A stretch of DNA of 64,000 nt, taken from positions 248,001-312,000 of the forward strand of contig QPMI01000482.1 in NCBI GenBank assembly GCA_004431415.1, read 5' to 3'. A program made the translations under genes and the position numbers. Position 1 is the stretch's first letter; every line of letters begins with the position of its first letter. The DNA is from Cyanophora paradoxa CCMP329 (lineage: Eukaryota; Plantae; Glaucophyta). The notes under the pieces were generated by a model that did not search any database, was not told where the DNA came from, and was given only the letters and a program-made list of their open reading frames with translations. Below, piece by piece: positions 10,601 to 21,869 of the stretch.

Positions 10601-13600
10601 GCGGGATCTTGAACCTGCGCGCCGGCGTCGGGGCGGGCGGGGCGGGCGGGCGGGCGAGGGGGGCGTTGGGGGAGGCGGGGCGCGCACGTGAAGGTGGTGC
10701 GGGAGACCTTGTCGGTCAGCTTGAGGGCCTTCTCGGGGCGGGCCTCGGAGGGGTTTGACGAGTTGCCCGTCACGAGGAAGAGCTGGTACTCGAGGGGCGG
10801 GTCGACGGTCTGCCAGCCGCTGATGAGCGTCGTGAACTCGTCCTTGCCCTCCGTTTGCGCCCCGACGACGACGGGCTGCACGTTGAACTGCCCCCCCGAG
10901 GGCGGCCGGCTCACGAGGAACTGGACCTGCGCGTAGCCCGTGCGCGTGGCGTCGAGCGACTTCTCGTAGTACTCCACCGACGCGCGGATCGTGTACTCCT
11001 GGCCCGGCACGAGCACGTCGGGGGAGAGCAGCAGGCGGCTGTACTGGTTGCCCCTGCCCCCCCAGCGCCCGTCGAAGACGACGGAAGGCTCCTGCGCGGC
11101 GGGGCGCGTGGGCGGCGGCGACGGCGGGGCGGGGCGGCCGAAGCGACGGCTGCGCACGTCGGACGCGACGACGCCGACGGAGGTGAGGTTAAGGTCGCCG
11201 CGCTCGACGCTCCAGTACCAGTTCACCTGAGAGCGCGGCACGCCCAGGCCCTGCGGGAGACACGAGCGCCGGTTCGACCGGCAGCGGGAGGAGCGTCGAG
11301 CGGCCGCGGCGCACCGACTGGTCGTCGTCGATCTTGCCGTCGAGCTTGAACTGCGTGTTGGGCGGGACCTTCGGGATGGCGATGCGCTGCAAAGCGAATC
11401 GACGTCAGTGCAAGTCCGAAAGCAAGTGCGGCCGCGGCCCCAGCGCCCAGCGCGGGCTCATGATCACCTGGATGGAGACCTGCAGGGGCGGGACCTTGAC
11501 GATCTCGACGTCCGAGTAGTCGCGGTTGGAGCGCGCGCCCTTGGAGACGGTCACGAAGAAGCGGTACTTGCCTGCGCGGTCCGACGCGCGGTTCGGCGAG
11601 CCGGGGGTGGACGGGGGGCTCGGCCGGCGCACCCTCGCGGAGGTGCCCCGCGGGGAAGACGGCGGCGCGCGAGGGCGCGACGACGAGGAGCGAGCCGTTG
11701 GTCGTCATGCACGGCTGGTCCGGCACCGTCTGGAAGGGCAGGAAGTAGAGGCACTCCCACTCGTACGAGAGCTCTCCCTGCCGGCAGGGTTCGCACGGAC
11801 GGGCGGACGGCGAGACCGGCCGCGTGGCGCACCGGCTCGTCGTCGGGATCGACAGACTGGCCGGCGTCGAGCACGAAAGCCTTCGTCTGCGCGATGGGCC
11901 GGCCGCCTGCGCGCGCGCGCGCAACGTCAGCGAAGGAGTAGGCGGCTGGCGGCCGGCCGAGCGCCAGGCGAACGCGCCGTTGCCGATGATGACGTTGATG
12001 GGTGACGGGACGACGTTGAGGGTGACAGAGTCGGAGACCTTGTCCTGCTCCACGGCGCCCTTGATGCGGCACGTCACCCGGAACTTGTACGTGCCCCAGA
12101 CCTGCCCCAGGCGGCTCAGCCTTGGCGGCGGAGGGCGGCAGGGCGGGCGAGGGAGCTGGCCTGGAGTGCGCGGGGCTCGATGCGCATGACGGACTTCTCG
12201 AGGCCGAAGACCTTGACGTTCCTGAACTCAGTGATGAAGTCGCGGCCGGCGTCGTCGTCGCCCGACCACTCGAAGAGGATGTCGTCGTTCTTCGCGGTGG
12301 GGCACTTGGCCGGGTCCGGCAGCTCCGCGTTCGCGCGGACGAGCAGCTCCCGGGCGCGCGTCACCTCGTAGACCTTCTCAAAGGCGATCGAGACCTTCGG
12401 CAGCGCCGTGTCCGTCTTGTACAGCTGCGGCACAGGCTGCGATCAGCGACGAGACGAGCGCAAGGACAAAGATCGCCGAACGCGCGCACCGAGAGCCTGG
12501 CTTCGGCGGACCGCTTGCCGAAAGCGTTCGTCACCACCAGGATGACTTCGTAGTACCCGGGGTCGAGCTCCTCGTTACTCAGGCGCAGGTACCGATTGCC
12601 CTTGCTGAGCCGCACGCCCTGTATGCCGCTCTCCACGTCGGCCTTGTTTACGTCGGCGACCAGTTTCTCCAACTTGTCCTTCTTTGCGGCGTCGCGCGCA
12701 GGAACTTCCGTCGTCACGATGGACCAGCTGTACGTGACCTTGTAGGGGCCCGTGTTGTTGGAGTTGCCGGCGTCCAGCGTCTCCGGCAGGCACCCGCCGA
12801 TGATTGCCGAGCCGGCAATGTTCGCGATGGGCGTGACGGGGTTGATGGGAGGCAGGATGGTTGCGTTGCCGGCCGCTGCGTCGGAAGTCTCGTAGTAATT
12901 AAGAATCTGAGCCGTCGGATTCAGGTACAAGTATCTGGTCTCGTTGCTCTCGGACGGCGGGAACTCCACGAATCCGAGCGTCACAACGAGCGTGTTGTCG
13001 TTCTGCCACAGGCAACTCGAAGTCGGGAGCTTCTCAATCGTGGCTGCCGCAGTGCAAACGTGGGCGGAAAGCGGGCTAGGAGGAGCAGGGGGTAACACAC
13101 CATCGATGCCAAGTTGGCGGACCTCGACGAAGACAGTGCGGCATTTGAAGATGCCCACGAGGCCGCCGCGGTTCGTATCCATGTCGAACGTGAGCGTGAT
13201 GATGTCCCCGATGTCGGATATGATGGCGTTGCTGATGCGCGGCTGCGGCGCTGCGGACCGGCGTCGGCGTCGCGCGAGCGGCAACGGCGCAAGACTGGGC
13301 GCGTACCAATGTCTACGACGATTGTGAAGATCTTGTTGTAGATATACGTCGTATTTTCGCTCTCCGGGACGAGCGGGTAGCCCAGGTAGTTGCCGCCGAC
13401 CGAGGGCCGCAGCCGGATCTGCAGGGCGCGCGTCCGCACAACAAGACACCGTGCGGGCAAGGGCACGCGGCGCACGGTCATGGTGTAGTTGCAGCCTGCG
13501 GGAATGGCGAGGTAATCGATTCGGTAGAGACCGCCCATATTGCGATCGATGCGCGTCGCGTCGGCGCCGAGGTACGTGACGACGGTGTTCATTTCGCCGA

Positions 13601-16600
13601 GGTTGCGCAGCTTGCCGGGCTTGAGCGGCCGCGTCGCAAGCGAGCCGTTGACAAACCAGTCGTCCCCGCCCTTGGTCCGCTTGTTCCCGAAGCGGTCTCT
13701 CGATTGCAGGCAGAACGTCATGCGGATGCCCGAGATGCCCTTGAAGAGGGCGTCCGGCACCCCCTGGCGCCCGTTGCGCAGGTACTCCTGGCATGTGCCC
13801 TTTCCGACACGGCCCGTCGAGCCGTACGCCAGCGAGACAAGGTCGCTCGTGGCGGCTGCACGGCCGGTGAGCGGCGGGGCGGGGCGAGCGCGCCGAAAGC
13901 TCGAGCGCACCGGCGTCGACCCAGAGGTCGAAGAACTTGTTGTCGGCGGCGTAGTTGCCGGGGATGGCGACGGGGCTCGTCACGGTGATGCGCTGACCGT
14001 CCTCGTCCAGGATGCGGCGCGTCTCGTTCAGCAGCACCTTCACGTAGTAGTACTGCGAGAGCACGATCTGGTACCGCGCGGTGTAGTTCCCGCTGCCGTC
14101 GTCGAGGGGCTGCGTCTCGTAGGTCTGGAGCACGCCCGGGCGCTCGCCCAGCGCCAGGGCCTCGATCGGCCGCAGGTCCGTCGGGGTGTTGTAGATCTCG
14201 AGGATGAACTGGTCCCCGCCGCGCAGGCGGAGGTTGCCGTAGGCGTCGTACGCAATGATGGTGAACGTGGTGAGCTCGCCGGCGATGGCGAGGTTCGTCC
14301 CCGAGCCGACCGTGATGCAGGCCGCCGCCGTCGTGAGGCCCGGGCGGACCTCAACCGTGAATGGAGACTCCTTGATGTGCTGCCCGTTGAGGAGAATAGC
14401 CATCTGGTAGTTCCCCGTCTTGTTGATCTGGTATTGGAGAACGTATTGGCCCGTCGAGCCGTCGTTCAGATCGGCGACGGTGTAGATCGCAAGAGGTGGC
14501 GTGAAGGTCACTTCCACCACGTCGCCGGCTGCGAGAGGGCTTCAGAACACGCACGCAGGATAAGAAGTACGCGCTGGAAGAACAAAACGCACTCGACTTG
14601 CGGGCGTTGCCGTAGAAATCGACGGCCTGGATGTTCACGACGATCTGGTCGCCGGCCGTCACGGAGCGCGTGCCGATGTTGCCGAAGGAGACGACGGGCT
14701 CCGCGAACGAGTTGGGCGGGTACGTCGGGCCCGGCTCGACGGTGAACGTCGCGGGGCTCCCCGCGAACTGCTCGCCGCGCAGGGTGGCCGAGAGCGTGTA
14801 CACGCCCGCCTTTGTCAGCGTGAAATCTCCGTAGTAGCGGGCCGCGGTGCCGGCGCCGCGGACGGAGACGGAGACGGGGACGACGCCCGGGCCCTCCAGC
14901 GTCGCCTGGATGGGCTCCTCCGCCAGCGTCAGGGCCGGGCGGTCGTTGTGGAACCTGTCGCGCGTCTGCAGGGTGACCGAGACCGGCGTGCCCGCCACGA
15001 TCGACTCGTTCAGGTTGAGGATGACGCAATTCGGCACGTGCGTCTCAGCTACGGGGCCACGAGTCAGGTGGCGGCGGGGCGGGCAGGGCGGGGGACGGCG
15101 TCTCGCGAACCGGGGAGGATGATAAGCGGAATCTTGTACGGGCTTCCCGTGTCGCCCTGCCCGATGTCGATGCCCGCGCCCCTGATTCGCAGCGTGAACG
15201 TGCCCGCCATCTCCGACATGTACATCGCGTTGTACGAGCCGTCCCCCTGGTCCTCGACCCGGGACGCGTTCACGAGCGGCTTCCCGAAGGGGTCCGGATC
15301 GAAGGGGTCATAGGGCTCTGGCTCTATAAACCAGTCGTAGAGAGCGTTTTCGTCAATGTCGAAGACGTTGTCGATGAACGGATGGTAGAGGTAGACCGCG
15401 AAGTCGTCGCCCCCGGAGCTCAGCTGCTGCGTGGGGTTCTGGTTGTCCATCGCGAACACCGTCATCGAGGCGACCTGGCCAGCCACCGCCGTCACCATGC
15501 CGGGACCGTTGGCGTAACAGTTTGGCGGGTACAGAGCGGCTGCAGGCAGTTCAGGGGAGAACAGTAGTGCGAAAACGAGGACACGCACTGAATGTGAAGA
15601 TGCGGCCGCCTCGGGAAAAGTCCGTCCCGTTGTTCGAGTACTCGATGATGGCGGGGCCGATCGCGTAGAAGGCGAGGATGTCGCTGGTGAACGTGCAGGT
15701 TACGTTGCGGCCCGAGAGGAACACGGCCGGCACGTAGCGGATGACGGGCCCCTGCTGCACGCGGCAGCGCGCCGCGGGATTGCGGCCGAAGTTCTCGCCG
15801 ATGATGGTCACCTTGACAGCGAATCCCTGGATGGGACCCGCGTAAGGCCTAAGCGCCGTCACAATTGGGAGGCTGTGCAGATCTGGGGCGGATGTGAGAA
15901 CCACGTCCCGCAAGATGGCATCGATCTAAAAACGACAAACCGTAGTAGTTGTACTGGACGTTGTCAGCAGTGAACTGCTGCCCGTTGAGAGCGACCTCCA
16001 AAGGAACGTCGCCGTAAGGGGCCGCCGGCGCCACGCAAGTGAGGGTGCGATTCAACCCGACAATCGTCTCTCGCGCCCGCACACTCGCGCGACCGAAGCG
16101 GCAGAGGGTCTCGCCGTCGGGGCACTTGTCGATGTCCGAGCCGCGACAGACGGGGTCGCGAAGATTTCGCCCAAAGACCGTGACGGTCTCGCCACCAGCG
16201 ATAAGGCCAGTCGGCAGCACGAGCTGCTGCACGTTGACCGGCGTGACTGCAACGTGGAGGCGTCAGCCACATGTACAGAGCGGCTCTGAAAGGAATTTTC
16301 ATGGCGGACCGTAGTATGCAAAGCGCTTGAAGGAGCGCGAGTACTGCTGCCCGTTGAGACCGACTTCGACGTTGACGGTGGGGGCCGGCAGCCGCGCGAC
16401 CGGAGAAGTCACGATGAGGCGCGTGCGGTTCACGTACGTCGCCCTGAGGCGCCCAAGGAACCCGAAGGCAACGCGGATTTCGCCGGTGTTGAAGAAGTTC
16501 TGGCCGTCGACGATCACCGTCGTGTTGCCCGTGAGCGGGCCGGAACGCGGGGTGAGGCGAATGACCGCGACCGACGTCGGGAACGGAGTCCCGATGAACT

Positions 16601-19600
16601 GCTTGTCGAGGTAATACGTGAACGGCGTGTACGTCTGCGACTCCGTCCACTGCTGGTCGTTGAGGCTCACCTGCGAAGGGGCGCGGTCAGCCGTCTAACC
16701 GACGCGAAACGCACGCCTGCAGCACCTGGAAACCGAGCTTGAGCGACATGCCGTCGGGGAGATCGCAGAACGAGGCGGGCGTGCAGGCCGACGTGGCTGG
16801 CGTGCTGCACTGGATGAGCCCCGAGTTGATGACTGTCGCAGGCCACTTGGCCACCTGCCTCGGTGGGTCGCTGCCCCACAACACCAAGCGGCACCGCGCC
16901 CACGGTCGGACGAGCGTCCCCGTCACGAAGTACTTGCCGAAAACCCGCAGGACAGTGCGCCCGTAGATCGGACCGGTTGTCGGCAGCGTCCTGTTGAGAG
17001 AGGCGACGAAGCGGGAATCGATGTACTGGAAGAGCAGAACGTTGCCAAAGAACTCGGTGAAGAGCTGCCCGTCGAGGGAGAGGTCGACCTTGGCCACCGG
17101 CTGCTGCTCCAGGCGGTTCAGCCGCGGCGCTGTGTGGACAATGTAGCCCGTCGCCGGATCCCACGTGCCGTTCACGACCTTCGTGCCCTCGGGCCCAACG
17201 AACTGATAGCGGATCTTGATGTTGTACTGCGTGATCATGTCCGGGTTGTTGATATCATTGTACTCGTTCGTGTCGACGAAACCGGAGCCCTGAATGGTGA
17301 CCGTCGTGACGCCCGTCGTGAGTCCCACGGAGGGCGCCAGGCGCGACTGCGAGATTGGCAGCTTGTAGACTCGCAGGCGCGGGAAAAATCGCGTGGAGAG
17401 CGAGAGGTCGTTCGCGTCCGTCCGGTCGTTGTACGTGACGTTGAAGACGATGAACTCGGGGCTGCGGGAGAGCACGAAGTCCGGCGTCGTGCAACGGACG
17501 GTCTCCGTGTCGGCTGTTCCGATCACCCTGTACTCTCTCAGTGTCGACGTGTCGAAGAAACGGCAGGTCACGTTGATTTGTGTCTTGTACGGCTCTGCGG
17601 AAGAGAGAACGGGCTTGTTCTGCGGATTCACCAGCGTGTTGACCATGACGACGCGGGGGTCCCACAGGTACTGCCCGTAGATCACGAGCTGCGTTCGCGC
17701 AATGTCCGCGGCGGCGGATGGGGTTATCGCCGTAAGAACCGGGTTCGGGTAGTAGTAGTACGACATGTTGTTTGGCGGGAATAGGACGCCGTTGAGTGAG
17801 AAGCGCATGACCACGGCGACGGGCGTGAGGGGCGAGACGCTGCGGTAGTCGGCGCTCGGGCAGATGATCTCCTGATCGTTGACGAACGTCGCCGGTGTGC
17901 GCAACGCGCCCCACACGCAGACGATCTCTCCCGTGTCAACAAAGACCTCCCCGCGAATGGTCACTGGCGTGCCGCCCGAAAGCGGGCCAAGCACAGGATC
18001 GATGGTCCCGAAAACGGGCGGCTCTGTGTTGCGCGTTAGCATACCGATAAACTGTTAAAATTATTCAAAAGGGCTCACTGAAGTAGCGGAAAGGGGCGAT
18101 GTTGGAGTAATTGAACCTGTCAACAGTCACGCTGAGGTTTCCCCAGCCGTAATCTATGTACAGAGGAGTGTAGCAGATGATCTGCGTGGGCGTAAGTACG
18201 CGTGAGATAACGACGAAAATCCCGGAGGAAATCGCACGTTGGTGGCGCTGAGCCAGTAGTTGGCCCGGGGCGCGCCAGGCTCCAACTCGCCGACGGTGCG
18301 TTCGATGGTCTCGTTGTGGTAGAAGCCCGTCCGGTTCGTCGTTGGGTTCCACCGGCACCGCGTCGTGTTCTGTTCCGGCACCCCATGAGGGCGCAGAAAA
18401 GAGCAGCGGGGAAGAAGGCAGGAGAGCGCGCACGGTGAACCCGATGCCCTCGACAGAAACCTCGTTGGGGTTCAAGGTCAGGCCGCTCTGGGGCGTGATG
18501 TTCGAGATGTAGGGGTAGTACGTGAAGCCGACGCGGTCGGTCGTGTACTGGAAACTGTTGAGGCCGACCTCGACGTACACGAGGCCGGCGAAGAGCTTGC
18601 GGGGCAGGTTGACGAGCAGCGTCGTGTTCGACACGTACGTGCAGTTCGCCGTCGCGGTCGACTCGAAGAGCGCCGGCCCGCCGGCCACGGTGACGAGGGG
18701 GCCCTGCGGCGTGACCGGCTGGAACTGCGCCGTGATCTCGCCCGTGTTCACGAAGCCACGCCCGAAGATGGTGATCGTGCTGCTTATTCCGTTCAGCAGC
18801 AGGCCGCTCGCGTAGCCTTCCGTGGGCGACACCGAGACGACGTTCACGTCGTACGCTGCCGGGCGCGCGCGTGTCAGGGGCCACGGCGCCCTGGGCAGAA
18901 GCGCGCGCGAGCGGGCGCACGGTAGAAGAGGAAGCGCTTGACGTCTGCGGAGAACTGCTGCCGGTTGAGGGAGAAGCTGAAGTTCGCGGGCCCCGACAGC
19001 GGCTGCACTTGCGGAAGCACGAGGTCCAGCGGCGTGGGCGTGCGGCACGTGTAGTACGGGTCGCCGCCCGGGTTCGCCACGTAGGTCGCGGGGACCCAGT
19101 ACCACGGCTCGAAGGCGCACGTCTCCTCCCCCGTGTTGCGGAAGTTGCGGCCGAAGACAGTCACGATGGTGCTGCCTGATATAGGACCACTGACGGGCAG
19201 GATGCTCGTCACAATCGTCGGAGCGGCTGCGGGGGCGTAAGTCGTGAAGGGGGCGGCGGGGTACGCGGCGCACGGTAGTAGCGGAATGTCTGGCTGTTGT
19301 TGTACCGCTGGCCGTCGAGGGAGAGGAAGATCTGGGCGTTGCCGTCGAAGCGCAGATCGATCACGGGGCTGACGCAGCGGACTGTCCCGTTGTTCGATGC
19401 GTTGTAGTAGCCCTTCACGACGATGGTTGCGGGGTAGGGAGCTGGCACGACGAACTTGCAGAACGTGTCGTTCGTCTCCACGATCCCTACCCCCGATACC
19501 TGCACGATCGTGCCTCCCGTGACAGGACCTGATTTCGGTAATATGCTCGTCGTGTACACCGGGAAGTCTGCGGCAAGATGGCATCAGGGACAGGGAAGGC

Positions 19601-21553
19601 GAGGAGAGGGGGGGGGGGGGGGGGGGGGAAGAGGGAGGGAAGGCGAGAAGGGGGGGGGGGGGTGGAAGAGGGGAGCGGGTATTGAGATGGGGAGCGAGAA
19701 GCGAAGAGGGAGGGAGGGGAGAGAGTGGGGCAGCTGGCCGCACCGTAGAAAAGGAACCAAAAGTCCTCGTAGCTGTGGTACTGCTGCCCGTTGAGCGCGA
19801 TGCCGAAGGGGACGAGCCCCGTGTAGTTGCTGTACGGCGACTGGCAGACGATCTTGTTAGGGGCAACGAATACACCCGGCGACGTCAGGTTGGCCCCGTA
19901 GAAGGCCGACATGTTCCCGCCGAAGCCGCAGAGGATCTCCTCCGTCTCCAAGAAGTTGATGCCCGTCACCGTGATGTTGTTCCCGCCCGCCCGCGGGCCC
20001 GTCATCACGGATATGTTCGTGACAATCACCGGCGTTTCTGCGGCGCGTCAAGGGGACCGGAGGAGGGCGCGGGGTACGGGGATCCGCACGGTAGAAGAGG
20101 AACGGCAGCCCGTAGGCGGGGATGTAAGAGCCGTTCTGGCCAAGGAAGGAGACGGAGATGTTGGCCGTGATGAACTGCTCGGAGACGAAGAGGTCCCGGA
20201 CGTCGGGCGAGAGGCAGACCACGGCGCGGCTCTGGCTCAGCGAGTCGAAGTTGCCGGGGACCTCCCTGTACCCGTTCGTGAAGTTGAAGCGGACCCAGAT
20301 GGAGAAATCCGTGCCCGTGAGGATGGGAAGCTGGTTGGAGATCACGCGGAACAGCGTCGCCCCGGACGCCGGCCCGCTGCGCGGATGCACTGCCTCCCAG
20401 AAGTCTGCGGCGGGGTTTGCAACAAGACAAAGAAAGGAAAGGAAAAGGAAGGGGAAGACGCACTCTTATCCAGAGCGAAGAGGAACTGCAGGCGGGAGCT
20501 GTCCGTGGTCGTCAGCGGCAGCTCCTCGCGCGCCGTGCCGCCAGGCGCTGTCGCGTAGCCCTTGACGACGGGCTGCGCCTCGGGCGCGGGCAGCGTGTTC
20601 GTGTAGAAGAGCTGCTTGCCGGCGTCGTAGCCGGCCAGGAAGAGCTGCGAGTACGGGTCCGGGACGGCGGCGAGCTCGGAAGTGATGGCGCCCGACGCCG
20701 GGTCGATGACGACGAGCGAGTGCGAGCCGCGCGGCACGTCCGCCACGCGCACGTCCAAAGTAGAGTAGCTTCCCTGAATGATCTGCCCCACGAGGCGCGC
20801 GTTGACCGGGTCGTACTTGAGCGCAGTAAGCGGCTTGCCGAATGGGGAAGACGAGACTGCGCCCGAGACCACGTTCACTACCACGAGGCGCGTCTGCAGG
20901 TCTGCGCCGAGCAGGAGGCAAAAGTAGCGGTTGCCAGCGGCGTCCAGCGCGGAGATGCCGGGATAGACATCGGTGTAGTTGCTAGTGAAGTTGAAGATGA
21001 AGTCCATGCTTCCAGTGAGCGGATTTAGGCGCACTGCTGATATGAGGTTCTGGTTGTTAACGACGCCGAAGAGCGTTGAGCCGTCCGCGGCGAACTCGAA
21101 GGAAGAGACTGCAAAGTTGGGGATGCCGCTGATGTTGACGGTCCCCTCGCGCAGCGTTTGGAAGGTGGACACCTGAGATAGAAAGAAGTCCTGCGTGTCC
21201 GTCTGGAACGTACTGAGCTCGTTCACGGGCGGGCTGAAGGTCGACGTGCCGAGGATCTGCGACTGCAGCGCTGGCAGGCCGATGAGCGGCATGAGGTCTC
21301 CCGTCGCCGGATTGACCAGCACCCATCGGTTCTGCCCGTCTATGGTTGCCACACCGAAAAGAGCACCTGGAAGCGCGAGGGCAAGCGCACAGGGTCAGTT
21401 CCGCGCCGACCTCCAGATGCGCAGGCGACTTTATGGGATGCTCCCGCATGCAAAGCTAAAGCATGGAGCATGCGCACCTCCGTGGGCGACCGCCAGGGCT
21501 GCGAGGATCGCCAGTGCCCACAGGGCACGGCGCTCCCCGCGGCTCGGGGCCAT
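4694..21553 (-). CDS. Giant polycystin-1-like (REJ-GAIN/GPS) cell-surface receptor with 13 IPT/TIG and 5 filamin-type repeats, 5 TM segments and 2 IQ motifs
   Basis: Signal peptide MAPSRGERRALWALAILAALAVAHG from the ATG at 21553. IPT motifs (P.SGP..GGT.V.V.G) at 20390-15600. Filamin motifs (AG....F.I.A.D.YGN.R..GGD.F) at 15540-13500. REJ motifs (LDAGQSVDPD, LSYEWEC, PPSGGQFNVQP, SGWQTVDPPLEY) at ~13240-10550. GPS CQYFD...WSSRGC...CYCNHLSEFSL at ~8850-8730. PKD1 motifs HPLL.LF...PGDPFTRPQRLTCLL and W......A....LLVQEPLRV. Exons I checked join in frame; the 3' end (…PSEDA*, TGA 4694-4696) is less certain. Confidence 0.8.
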
Positions 21554-21869
21554 GCTAGCTACGTCTCCCAAGTCACCTCCAATGTAATCTGGTGACTTGC
21601 ATCTCCTCTGGGGCCCCGCTGCCGTGCTGTGCTGGCGCGCTTGCCGCTACGTGCACCTTAATGCCAGCGCGCAGCTGCTGGTGCTGATCCGTCTAGCTGA
21701 ATGCGTGCGGGGATCAAGAGTCAAAAGGCTCCGTCCGCGCGCCGCCACTTTCAGGGTACAGGAAAAGTAAAGGCAGGCCGAGACACGTTTCCTCTGCGAG
21801 GTCGAGCTCGGTCTGTAGCTCGCCTGTATCGCCTGCTAATCGGTTTGGAGCATCTCCCTCGTCTCAGCG

